Position numbers and translations under genes: made by a program. This document shows positions 24,438 through 36,700 of a stretch of DNA of 64,000 nucleotides, piece after piece. Source of the DNA: Macrostomum lignano (taxonomy: Eukaryota); NCBI GenBank assembly GCA_002269645.1, contig NIVC01000399.1, positions 1 through 64,000 of the forward strand. Reading direction: 5' to 3'. The notes below the pieces were generated by a model. It was not told the DNA's origin and did not search any database. It saw nothing but the letters and a program-made list of their open reading frames with translations. The first letter of the stretch is position 1. Each line of letters opens with the position of its first letter.

Positions 24438-26090
24438 ATGGAGAATGAGAACGAGGTTACATACTTTATTATGTCTATTCTGGTGATGCTGTGCATCAAT
24501 ATATTGTTCGGTGCAATGGCTGTTTGTGCTTCGGTTAAGTCGCACAGGTCTGTAACAATATTTATGTTGCGATTATAAGACTCAAGAGTGAAATTGCTTT
24601 CGATGAGAATAGAGCCTATGAAGAATTGGTCAAACAGCTTCAAAGAAAAGAATGATAGCTACTGGCATGGTAAACTTCTTGGTTAAAAATATGTCTCCGA
24701 TGTATCATGGGCAACTTAAGTAGGATACCGCACACATAATTCACAGGTGGCCGGGTTTTGAATTGTTGCAGCGAGATAAGAAGTTTTAATTGTTTTCTAT
24801 CGTGCTTAATTCACAATATCTCATCTTCTGAGGCTGAAGTCACAAGAGAAGCACAGAAATGACGCGTTTTTTTAAATGGATTCTGCATAGCAATGAATGT
24901 GATTTTACCATGGACAAATTTGGAGAAAAATTCGTCCAGAAAAGTACACTAAAGCTTTAACCTTCTATATCTAATATAGCTCTCTTTCTTGCGACTGTAG
25001 TGTCCTACTATAGCATTTTCCAAGCCAATTGAGCATAGGGGCAAGCAATTTAATCCTTATTGGGAGAATCAAGCTTTTGAAGACTTGCTTTTCATAATCT
25101 ATGGAGCAACCAATTTGAGAATCTGGGCGCGCTATTAACCCTTTCCACAGTTGTGCAAGCCTTAGACCAAAGAAAATAACAGATTTCCTTAGACAAACAT
25201 AGATATGGCAGACGAAAAATTTAGCGAGCAGAGCAGTGACGAAAGTTTTGCTACAGCCCAAGATTGCAGTGGATGAGCAGAATCCTGCAGGGCGAGAACC
25301 CTATCGCAAGATAAGCAACAAAAAGTACGACCTGATTGTCGCTGCCATCGAGAGAGGTGATAGTGCTGAGCACATTTCACGATGGCTGCACGTAAAGATT
25401 GATCGGGTTTTATTTCAATCTGTCCAACACTGTTTTGAGAGACACAATTTTTCTCGGCTTATACAAGCGTACTGAATGCCATGGTTTTGCCTTTGCCTGT
25501 TTTGATCGGTTTCTCTAAAATCAAAGTGCTAATGTCAATCAGTTTTTGATATGCCATCTATTTGTAGGTGTTATTTCAGTGAAGTTATTAGTGAAGGATT
25601 TACGAGCACTGTGAAAAGGATTAATTGCGTGCCCAGATTCTCAAATTGGTTGCTCCATAGACCCCCTTTTGGGCCATAGACAATAAAAAACAAGTCTTCA
25701 ATAGCTTGATTCGCCCAATAAGGATTAATTTGCTTGCCCCTAGGCTCAATTGGCTTGGAAAATGCTATATTTGGTCATACGAAATTCGTGTTGTGCCTAC
25801 ATCTGTAGGAGTTCTTTTAACCCTAGAGAAAATATTCATTCAGCTTTTAGCATTTTGAGTACTACTACTAGTGGTATTTTGAGTAATTAATGAACTTGAC
25901 TCTCAACTCAATCTTCAGACTCTGGACACAACGAAACCAACCAAACTGGCAGTGCAGGGCCAGACAATATGGTCATTTGGCTTTCTGTCTGAATATTCTG
26001 GGCATACTGTCAAGTATGGCTGCCATCATTGTGGTATTCTCATCTGATCCAATGCAAATGCAAGCAGCAATGCAGCACATCTCAGAGTAA
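24438..26090 (+). CDS. CD225/dispanin (IFITM/PRRT-like) membrane protein; exons 24438-24547 and 25919-26090 (93 aa from the first in-frame ATG; an upstream exon is possible)
   Basis: Spliced MENENEVTYFIMSILVMLCINILFGAMAVCASVKSHR|LWTQRNQPNWQCRARQYGHLAFCLNILGILSSMAAIIVVF...: two hydrophobic segments joined by SVKS...R and followed by A..LNI.GI, the dispanin pattern (cf. IFITM YSVKSRDR...AKCLNI). Phase 2 GT-AG intron; donor gtctgt is weak. Confidence 0.72.
25011..25767 (+). mobile_element. Non-autonomous Tc1/mariner (IS630-Tc1-mariner)-type DNA transposon in the dispanin intron
   Basis: About 140-bp imperfect terminal inverted repeats (TAGCATTTTCCAAGCCAATTGAGC... / ...GCTCAATTGGCTTGGAAAATGCTA) flanked by TA on both sides; internal decayed ORF with HTH-like YRKISNKKYDLIVAAIERGDSAEHISRWLHV. 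Confidence 0.75.
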
Positions 26091-26592
26091 AATTCTAATT
26101 TAAAAAAATGTATCTCTTTTTTTAGTATACCAACCATGCTAAAAATGAACACCCAGAAGCAAACATAAATACTTTACTTTGTTTTATTATGCAAAACACT
26201 AAAAAACTTTTTTGTTCTTTACTCAAATTATGCAAACATGTTTTATTACTATACTGAAAAATAAATTTTGTCTAGCATTGGAAATAAAAATAACCTTACA
26301 AGGTAGAAATCAAGTTGAGAAACTTTAAATTATAGCAATTGTAATCACAATGATAGTGCTTTGATTTTTACTTCTTAAATGAACAAACTTTTGCTATTTG
26401 TATTTATTATAAGAAGCAATGTTTAAAACATTACATTCAACTCAAAAAAATTATTATTAATAAAATGAACTCAAGAATATTAATTAGATTTAATAGCAAG
26501 ATATAGAGTTATTAATTATACCAATTGAAATGTCTTAAAGTATATAAGAATATAATACATATCATGATTGAAATAGCAATATATCATCAGTT

Positions 26593-26894
26593 TTAACTTG
26601 AGGTCTTACTGCCAGTGTCATAGTCATTTGGGTTATATAATTTTACCTGTCCAAGTTCAGATTGTTGGCTTTTAGAGTCAGCGGATGTTTGAGCCACAGA
26701 TTTATTAGTCTCAACAAATGGTGGGTCATTCCATCCAGTATTGCCTTTAGCAACAACTTTGGCTGATGAATTTGAAACATAATTAGTATAATAGGAGTGA
26801 GCAGCAGTTGGTGGAGGAGGTGGTGGCAGTTGTGATGCAGCTAATGGCTTAGTAGATGACAATGACTTATCATTAGAATTTTGCATTCTTGACA
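26593..26894 (-). CDS. Short proline-rich protein or terminal exon with a GWNDPP motif (SRA1/Sec31-like motif)
   Basis: Strong acceptor TTTTTGTCTACAG at 26895, ATG at 26886, 97 codons to TAA; contains PPPPPP and GNTGWNDPP in otherwise AT-rich surroundings. Confidence 0.55.
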
Positions 26895-27665
26895 CTGTAG
26901 ACAAAAACATGCATTAAAGGTTGTAAGGCTTATTATTTCATGATAGATAATTGATATAGTTTGAGAATTTGCTCTAAGACTAAATATTCAATAAAAAAGA
27001 TAAGTCTAATTTTTATTAGGCTTTTGTGTGGCAAACTTTAAATATTAAAAACTATATAAATATCTAGAAAAGACAAAAAGTATTCACAAAATAGAAATAT
27101 TATATATTAAACATAATAAACAAATGCTATATTTATTATTTATAACACTGAAGTCATTGTTATGAAGTCATAAATGAAATCATAAAGCCATAAGTTAAAA
27201 GGCATGTTCTATAGGTACAAATAAAAAAATATATCTATAATGATATTATAAAATCAATGATCACATTGACATAATGCACATTTGTTTGAGTTTATATGTT
27301 TTCTTGAAATCTATTGCATAGCTACATAGCTACAGACAACTCATGTTTAATATATTAGAGTATTTTTGCTTTCAGCCATAGGATTATTGCAAGCTTTTTA
27401 CATTATTGTGAGTTTTGAGGGCATGGATGTAAAGAAACTTTTATCAGGTAATATTTATATGCACCTGGATTACTAGAACAATGGCTATCAGTCTAACTAA
27501 AATAAAATAGCATGCTTAATTGATGCTTTGCATTTATGCTAAAAATAAACATTCAAGTCGTTTTTCTTAAAAAGTATATAAAAAATTACTTTTGTCGCAA
27601 CTAGATAATAGTAATATTAATGGAAAAATTCCCTGAAGGCATTTTCAATAATAACACCGATATAT

Positions 27666-28062
27666 TATTTTTTTATTAGAGGCAGGGGGGTTGTGTGCAC
27701 CCTGGCGCACTTTAAGTGACATAGGCACACAACCGGCGAGAGGCATTACTGCCCATTCCGCCGACTCCCCTGACCCCTGAGCAGGCATACAAGCGCGCGG
27801 ATACGTACGCAGGCACACACTCACACAGGAGTGTACTCCTGTGTCCTGTACAGTGTAAAGGAGTGTACCCAAACTTTATTTATCGTTTGGCATGTACACT
27901 TTACTGCGCCTTGGGGGTTGGCTCTCAAGGCCGTTAATTGCACGAGCAGAGCCAAGCCGAGATTCCAATGCAGCCCCAAATTAATGTGACTGAACTTGGA
28001 ATCGAGCCTGGGTCGCTGGCACACCAGAGCCTGCGCTAGACCGCTGGGCTACGGCCCCCTTC
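27666..28062 (-). mobile_element. tRNA-derived SINE, full length, about 400 bp
   Basis: Minus-strand head GGGGCCGTAGCCCAGCGGTCTAGCG (A box) ... GGCTCGATTCC (B box), A-rich tail TAATAAAAAAATAAT, 12-bp direct repeat ACACCGATATAT at 27654-27665 and 28063-28074. Confidence 0.82.
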
Positions 28063-30537
28063 ACACCGATATATAGTCATGCTATGCTACCAAAAGACTA
28101 GCTAGTGTCTCATATTCTCAATATGGGTTGGACCGGACCGGTTGGTTTCTTTGAATTTTAATGGTCGTTGGTAATTTTGAATTAAATTACGTGACTTAAT
28201 AAGAAAACAAAAAAATAAGTTAAATCTTTTAAATTACAAAAAGTTATAAAAACTATTTGTTCAAATTTGTCTTATTTTAAAGAAAAAACTCTGAATCAAA
28301 GGAAACGGAAACTTTAGAAGTAATGAAATTTAAGTTTTTATAAAGGGAAAGAAAGAAAAACGAAGAAAAGGAGTTCACGTAAAAATGTCAAATTGTGATC
28401 ATGTGACCCCTTGCGTAATTACGCACATCACTATTCAATGTTAACCAGCCCTAGTTATCTACTAACCTATATTTACATATAAACCTAGAAACCTATAATA
28501 CCTACCAAGTTCCGATCAACTCACGAACTACCCCTAGGCCTAGCGAAAAATAATAAATTAGCCTCTGGTTCAACCGCTCAAACGGTGTAGGACCAAGACC
28601 GCCACTTGGGGAGCTAGGGGGAGGAATAAGGGGGGAACTATCATTATAGCAATGCACTTGACTTGGCACATGCTAGGCTAACTAGGCCTATTAGTAGGCT
28701 AGGCCTGACCTATTGCCTTGGGGCTTGGGCTTGCCTTTGTATTGCCATATTATATTAAAAATCGGTAGGTTTGTATTTAGAGATATTTAACTAGATATTT
28801 AACTAGGTTATTCATATAATACTAGGCCTATGTTATGTACTAAGCGTTGCTTTTAAATTTTTGAAAATACAATTTAAATCTAAATAAACTTTAAATTGGG
28901 TCTAATAGCTAATATTAGGCCTATTACAAATACAATTACCTAGGCCCTACCTAGGTATTAGCAAACCAAAAATGTTTATTTTATATAGGCCACAAGCCTT
29001 ATTGAAATAAATTTTGAAAATGTGCAGATGCATATCAAGGGTCAAGCAAAAATGCTGAAGGGTTAAGTAGGCCGGCTAGGGCCTATATGCGAGTGCCTAG
29101 GAGGCATTTTTGGAATTGAAACGATAAAGTCCTTTTTGCCTTTGCAGTAGTACTAATACACTAACAAAATACTAAATAACACTATTAATTTATAGAGCAC
29201 TCCATAAGACTACTAATGTTTTAATCATACATGCACAACTACTGGCTGACCTGGCCAATCTGGCCACCATAAATTGTGGTGGACCAGGGGTAAGTCGCAA
29301 AAATGCCCAGCCTAAAGAATAAAAACTAATTAGATAACAAGGCATTTTGCCCTTATAAGACAGTTATAGTTATTCCTGCCATTTACCCAAAATTGCATTA
29401 GGGCTTCTTTTACAAATGAGTTGCATTTTTGGTCAAAAAGTAAGTCGCATGGCCAGTGTAAATCAAGGGGGTTGCGCATGTATGGTTCTAATGCTTAGAC
29501 CATTCTTTGCATGACCATTTTGACATGGATTCCAAGCAAGCACTGTACTAAGTGCTGCATTGCATTGCTTTGTGCCAAGTGCTACCTCATAGAAAATGTA
29601 CTAGATAGCCATCTATCACTTAAAAACTTTTTCTAATAGGGGCCACCACAGTACAAGGCTTAGAATAAAATCATTCATTTTAAAGCCTATGTGTAAAAGC
29701 CTAGGAGCGGAGGTCTTTATAAGGCATACTGTATATAAAAAATCATAAAATATAACAATAGGGCTCAATTGATTGGTATTAATTAATCAATCAATGATTC
29801 AATTTATTAGACCTAAAATAATGTCTTATAATTAGCTATTTACATTGTAGACCTGGCTATATAGGCCCATATATAGACAAACCATTGGTCTATTTTAGTA
29901 TATAAGATATAGAAAGCAGGCTGGCCTATTATTTGAATCATTCTAAATTTGTTAAAATCTTATACTATATATTATGACTTTGGATAAACTGCTATTTTTA
30001 AGAAATTTCCAAATGAATTTCTAACTCAAATTTTTGGCATAGATTCAAAAGTTTTTGTGTTGGCATTTATCTTTTTTTAATAACTCAAGTAGACTAAATA
30101 GAGTTGTTATAAATTTGAAATGCTATTATAATTTATAGAGTGATGCTGATGCAACTCAGTGATTCTAAAGTGACTCCAGCTTACCTCAGATTCAACTCTA
30201 CAGCCCCAGGGTTATTTTAGCCCAAGAGTCAGAGACAATAAGCACCTCAAATGAACTCTCTAATGACTCTTGACAATTTTTCAGCAACTTGTACCATGAT
30301 ATCTTGTCATTTTAGAGTCATCTAGAGTCACTTCTTTCGTATTTACCTTGTGTGTTATCTGCAACTGTAATGACTCTGACTCTGGTACTTTTCTTGGTAC
30401 CATTTTCATTGGGTTGATGAAAAGCCTAAAGATAGCTGTCTCTTAAAAAAGCAAATTGCACAATTAGCTTAAAAATCCCTTAAGCTACTTAGTGAAATTA
30501 TACTATCAATATTCGTAACAAACTACTTTCCTGTCAG

Positions 30538-32027
30538 CGACTGTTAGTTCTGGCACCCCTGTTGCTGCTAACGCAGCTGCAGCTGGGGCCACCTCTACTG
30601 CCACTGCCGCTTCCACGTCGGTGCCAGTGCAAAAGAGTGCCCCTCCGACCCAGCGACAAGACTCCAACACTGTTATTCACGATGCCCGAGCTGTGCTCGA
30701 ATTGTTTCTTAGTCGGCGTTGCGCCGCTGCGGCTGCTGCAGCCGCCACCGCTGCTGGAGCTGGCAAAGCCTCGGCTGCAGCTACAGCATCCGGGTCTTCT
30801 TCATCAGCCGCCACTGCGGCCACCTCCACAATTGAGGCGAATTTAAGCGAAACCCGCTCCCTAGACGATTTCTGGGAAGGCCTATCAGTGTCAATCTCTG
30901 AGCCGGTGTCTTTCGCTTTGTCCACGGCAACTGTTGCGGCAACCGCGCCGCTGGGCTCCGTTGAAAGCTTAGAAGACGACTCAATTGAACAGACGGATTC
31001 CGCTGGTAGGTATTCTCCAACACCGGTGGCTGATTCTGGTCAGCTGCAGCAACAGACTGGCACAATTGATAGCACTGGCTATGAAACCGAGACTGACACT
31101 AAACGCAGTCTGAAAATAGAATTTCTCAATCGTCAGCAAAGCTTTCTAAAACGGATTAAAATGCCGAGATTTCTGCGACGGCGCGCCTTTGCCGGCCTGG
31201 CTCAGCAGCCGCTGATGCAGCAGCATGAGGCGGCTTCTAAGAAAGCTTCAACGTCGTCTTCTTCAAAGAAATGGTCGCTGCCGCATTTTCAACGGACTCG
31301 TCACCAGAGCGAGCCGTCCGCCCAGACTCCGCCGCCTTCATCCTTGCAACTGTCCAAGCCGGTTCGGAGACGCAACGTGATTAAAGAGTTTCAAGCCGTA
31401 GTCCAGACCAGCCCTGGCTGAGCTGTCAACCGCCTCGCTAGTAGCGGCAGTAAAGCCGATGACAGTGGCGCAGGCGTCAACTCGGACGATGAAAAATTTG
31501 AACGAGTCGTCCAACTATTGGATTTTGTTGCTCATGACCTGATGGGCCAACTGCCGCCTCAGCCGCAGCCTCCTCCGTCCTCATCATCTACTGCTCAATC
31601 TGCTTCGCTGGCCTCTAGCTGCGAGTTCCGATTAGATCGGGCGATGCACGAGAAGACTCGACGGGTTCGAGCGAAAGAGCGAGAATTGGCTACCGCCGCT
31701 GCCACCGCTGCCGTCGCCGCTGCGGATAGCGCCGTTGATAACGACGCCCTGTTGAGCTCGCTGATATCGGCGGCCGATGCCGGTGAGCACCGTCGGTTCA
31801 GCGAGCTGCTGGCCTGCCGGTGCGAACTGCTGGCCTGGCGCAGTGTGGCAATGCTGTACCATCTCACTAGGCTGATGTGCGCCAGGTGCAAGGGAGAGCG
31901 CCGGCTAGAGGAGGCAGTTAAAGCTGCTTCGCTGCGCTATTTCGAGGATCGATTCGCCCAGTGGGTGGTGGCTCAGGGCGGCTGGCAGGCGGTGGTTGAG
32001 AATACTGAGGAGTCCGAGTTGGACTGA
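30538..32027 (+). CDS. Bcl-2 family protein, Bcl-G/BCL2L14-like, single long exon with an internal in-frame TGA at 31419-31421
   Basis: Acceptor tttcctgtcag at 30537. BH4-like DARAVLELFLSRR, BH3-like EKFERVVQLLDFVAHDL, BH1-like LAWRSVAMLY, BH2 YFEDRFAQWVVAQGGWQAVVE and an acidic end ESELD with no TM anchor, like Bcl-G (FSPWIQQHGGWEKILGISHEEVD). ORFs 30621 and 31518 share one frame. First exon not identified. Confidence 0.75.
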
Positions 32028-32120
32028 GGCTGAGAGCTACGGGTTTTCAACAGTGTCACCCGGCTTGGAGTAGTCTGTGTCTGCGGACTTGCTGATGGCT
32101 GACTTTACCTATCCTAGAGC

Positions 32121-32135
32121 CTGTCTGTCTGTCTG

Positions 32136-32234
<99 letters not shown>

Positions 32235-32271
32235 TTCTCTGTCTGCCTGTCTGTATGTCTGTCTCTGTCTG

Positions 32272-32330
<59 letters not shown>

Positions 32331-32343
32331 GTGTCCCTGTCTG

Positions 32344-32400
<57 letters not shown>

Positions 32401-32403
32401 TAG

Positions 32404-32436
<33 letters not shown>

Positions 32437-32545
32437 GCGTGTCTGCCTGTCTGTCTGTCTGTCTGTCTGCGTGTCTGTCTACCTGTCTGTCTGTCTGTCT
32501 GTCTGTCTGTCGTTCTGTCTGTCTGTCTGTCTGTCTGTCTGTCGT

Positions 32546-32595
<50 letters not shown>

Positions 32596-32668
32596 GTTCT
32601 GTCTGTCTGTCTGCCTGTCTTTCTGTCTGTCTGTGTCTTTCTGTGTGTCTGACTGTCCGTCTGTCTGT
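32121..32668. repeat. (CTGT)n microsatellite just 3' of the Bcl-G-like stop
   Basis: Seen directly. Confidence 0.97.
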
Positions 32669-33744
32669 CATTCGGTCTGAATGATCGTGTATTTGATCTA
32701 ATAACGAAAACTTGTTTAATTTAATATGCATTCGTTTAGTTTAGTAAAATCAGTACATTTTCAATTGTTTTGTTTAGTAGAAAAATTATATATTCATGCA
32801 AATTATATGAAATCTTAATGCTACTTGTATGTCAGTAGTATAATGTATTATTATAGAAGTTTTTAAACTGTAATATCGGATTCTTCGATGTTTTATCTGA
32901 CCTACTCGCGAGAAAAGATAATTTAAGGTTACATACAGCTTATCCTCCATCATAGTAAGATACACTTCGTTTAAAACAACATGGATTCTAAGGTACAGTT
33001 TCCACTCACTCTCTGTTATAATTGTTATGTAGCTGTGCCCGTCGATTTATCAAGCCGTTTATACGCTTGAAACACATATTTTATATTCAAATTGTTGCAT
33101 AAGAGTTTGCGAGTTGCCAAATAGTATAAATGTCTATCTAATGTTAGACTGGAGCTCAGATGTACTTATAATGAGGCTACAGGCAAGTCGGCTGCATTTC
33201 TATATGTATTTTTTCAGTTTTTATTGCTCTACCCTTTTACTGTATACAGTATTTGTCTGTTGAATCAACCAAGTGCTAGTTACCAAATAGCAGTGATTGT
33301 GTTTTTTTACCTTGTGTTTTTACCTTCCCTCGGCCGCAGCCAAGCTTCTCTGTGCTTTCTGGGAGAATCAGAAAACCTAATGATGTGTAATGCTTTTTAG
33401 AATTGCAATAATCAAATTTCCATTGGCCTTACTACTATCCAAAGTAGTATGTAGATTGTAGAAAATCATACTGAAGTAGTATTTCCTCAAGCCTAACTGG
33501 GTGCGTTCTGTCTGGGCAAATGTGTTTTTTTTGGTTTGAAATTTTTGCCATCAACACTGTTTCTGTGCTTTTTCAATTTGCCTTTAAATATACCGTTGCA
33601 CATAAGCTTGATTGCCCTGTGTTTTTCTCTGGCTATTTGACTTCATCGATTAAAACATTAGCATTTCTATGCCGAATCATTTTTAAGGAGCTTTTGTGAT
33701 GCTGTGGCGTCTTAGTTCTTTTTTTGATTGTCTATACATGTAAA

Positions 33745-36700
33745 TCTATCCTGCTAGAGTCTATTCTATCCTGGTAGAATCTATTCTATCCTGCTAGAGT
33801 CTATTCTATCCTGGTAGAATCTATTCTATTCTGTTAGAGTCTATTCTATCCTGCTAGGTTCTATTCTATCCTGGTTGAATCTATTCTATCCTGGTAGAGT
33901 CTATTCTATCCTGGTAGAGTCTATTCTATCCTGCTAGAGTCTATTCTATCCTGGTAGAATCTATTCTATTCTGTTAGAGTCTATTCTATCCTGCTAGGTT
34001 CTATTCTATCCTGGTTGAATCTATTCTATCCTGCTAGAGTCTATTCTATCCTGGTAGAATCTATTCTATCCTGGTTGAATCTATTCTATCCTGCTAGAGT
34101 CTATTCTATCCTGCTAGAGTCTATTCTATCCTGCTAGAGTCTATTCTATCCTGGTAGAATCTATTCTATTCTGTTAGAGTCTATTCTCTCCTGCTAGAGT
34201 CTATTCTATCCTGCTAGAGTCTATTCTATCCTGGTAGAATCTATTCTATTCTGTTAGAGTCTATTCTATCCTGCTAGGTTCTATTCTATCCTGGTTGAAT
34301 CTATTCTATCCTGCTAGAGTGTATTCTATCCTGGTTGAATCTATTCTATTCTGTTAGAGTCTATTCTATCCTGCTAGGTTCTATTCTATCCTGGTTGAAT
34401 CTATTCTATCCTGCTAGAGTCTATTCTATCCTGGTAGAATCTATTCTATCCTGGTTGAATCTATTCTATCCTGCTAGAGTCTATTCTATCCTGCTAGAGT
34501 CTATTCTATCCTGCTAGGTTCTATTCTATCCTGGTAGAATCTATTCTATTCTGTTAGAGTCTATTCTATCCTGGTAGATTGTTCTATCCTGGTAGAATCT
34601 ATTCTATCCTGGTAGAGTCTATTCTATCCTGGTAGAATCTTGTATCCTGGTAGAGTATTCTATCCTGGTAGAATCTATTCTATCCTGGTAGAGTCTATTC
34701 TATCCTGGTAGAATCTATTCTATCCTGTTAGAGTCTATTCTATCCTGGTAGAGTCTATTCTATCCTGGTAGAGTCTATTCTATCCTGGTAGAGTCTATTC
34801 TATCCTGGTAGAATTTATTCTTTTCTGGTAGAGTCTATTCTATCCTGGTAGAATCTATTCTATCCTGGTAGAATCTATTCTATCCTGGTAGAGTCTATTC
34901 TATCCTGGTAGAGTCTATTCTATCCTGGTAGAGTCTATTCTATCCTGTTAAAGTCTATTCTATCCTGGTAGAATCTATTCTATCCTGTTAAAGTCTATTC
35001 TATCCTGGTTGAATCTATTCTATCCTGCTAGAGTCTATTCTATCCTGGTAGAATCTATTCTATCCTGTTAGAGTCTATTCTATCCTGGTTGAATCTATTC
35101 TATCCTGCTAGAGTCTATTCTATCCTGGTAGAATCTATTCTATCCTTTTAGAGTCTATTCTATCCTGGTAGAGTCTATTCTATCCTGGTAGAATCTATTC
35201 TATTCTGTTAGAGTTTATTCTATCCTGCTAGGTTCTATTCTATCCTGGTTGAATCTATTCTATCCTGCTAGAGTGTATTCTATCCTGGTTGAATCTATTC
35301 TATTCTGTTAGAGTCTATTCTATCCTGCTAGGTTCTATTCTATCCTGGTTGAATCTATTCTATCCTGCTAGAGTCTATTCTATCCTGGTAGAATCTATTC
35401 TATCCTGGTTGAATCTATTCTATCCTGCTAGAGTCTATTCTATCCTGCTAGAGTCTATTCTATCCTGCTAGGTTCTATTCTATCCTGGTAGAATCTATTC
35501 TATTCTGTTGGAGTCTATTCTATCCTGGTAGATTGTTCTATCCTGGTAGAATCTATTCTATCCTGGTAGAGTCTATTCTATCCTGGTAGAATCTTGTATC
35601 CTGGTAGAGTATTCTATCCTGGTAGAATCTATTCTATCCTGGTAGAGTCTATTCTATCCTGGTAGAATCTATTCTATCCTGTTAGAGTCTATTCTATCCT
35701 GGTAGAGTCTATTCTATCCTGGTAGAGTCTATTCTATCCTGGTAGAGTCTATTCTATCCTGGTAGAATTTATTCTTTTCTGGTAGAGTCTATTCTATCCT
35801 GGTAGAATCTATTCTATCCTGGTAGAATCTATTCTATCCTGGTAGAGTCTATTCTATCCTGGTAGAGTCTATTCTATCCTGGTAGAGTCTATTCTATCCT
35901 GTTAAAGTCTATTCTATCCTGGTAGAATCTATTCTATCCTGTTAAAGTCTATTCTATCCTGGTTGAATCTATTCTATCCTGCTAGAGTCTATTCTATCCT
36001 GGTAGAATCTATTCTATCCTGTTAGAGTCTATTCTATCCTGGTTGAATCTATTCTATCCTGCTAGAGTCTATTCTATCCTGGTAGAATCTATTCTATCCT
36101 TTTAGAGTCTATTCTATCCTGGTAGAGTCTATTCTATCCTTGTAGAGTCTATTCTATCCTGTTAGAGTCTATTCTATTCTGGTAGAGTCTATTCTATCCT
36201 GGTTGAATCTATTCTATTCTGTTAGAGTCTATTCTATCCTGGTAGAGTCTATTCTATCCTGGTAGAGTCTATTCTATCCTGGTAGAATCTATTCTATCCT
36301 GGTAGATTCTATTCTATCCTGGTAGAATCTTGTATCCTGGTAGAGTATTCTATCCTGGTAGAATCTATTCTATCCTGGTAGAATCTATTCTATCCTGGTA
36401 GAGTCTATTCTATACTGGTAGAATCTATTCTATCCTGTTAGAGTCTATTCTATCCTGGTAGAGTCTATTCTATCCTGGTTGAATCTATTCTATCCTGCTA
36501 GAGTCTATTCTATCCTGGTAGAATCTATTCTATTCTGTTAGAGTCTATTCTATCTTGGTAGATTGTTCTATCCTGGTAGAATCTATTCTATCCTGTTAGA
36601 GTCTATTCTATCCTGGTAGAATCTTGTATCCTGGTAGAGTATTCTATCCTGGTAGAATCTATTCTATCCTGGTAGAGTATTCTATCCTGGTAGAGTCTAT

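Noticed and set aside
27990-28058. tRNA gene
   Set aside because: A and B boxes are present but there is no acceptor-stem complement; it continues into a SINE body with tail and TSD.
30185-30410. Minus-strand donors at 30184 and about 30345 as upstream exons of the GWNDPP gene
   Set aside because: The phase could fit, but the region looks like degenerate GAGTCA-rich repeat and there is no homology or other support.
32028-32760. SECIS element explaining the TGA at 31419 as selenocysteine
   Set aside because: ATGA at about 32682 is followed by A-runs but has no complementary helix or GA quartet partner; the TGA lies in a disordered region with no redox motif.
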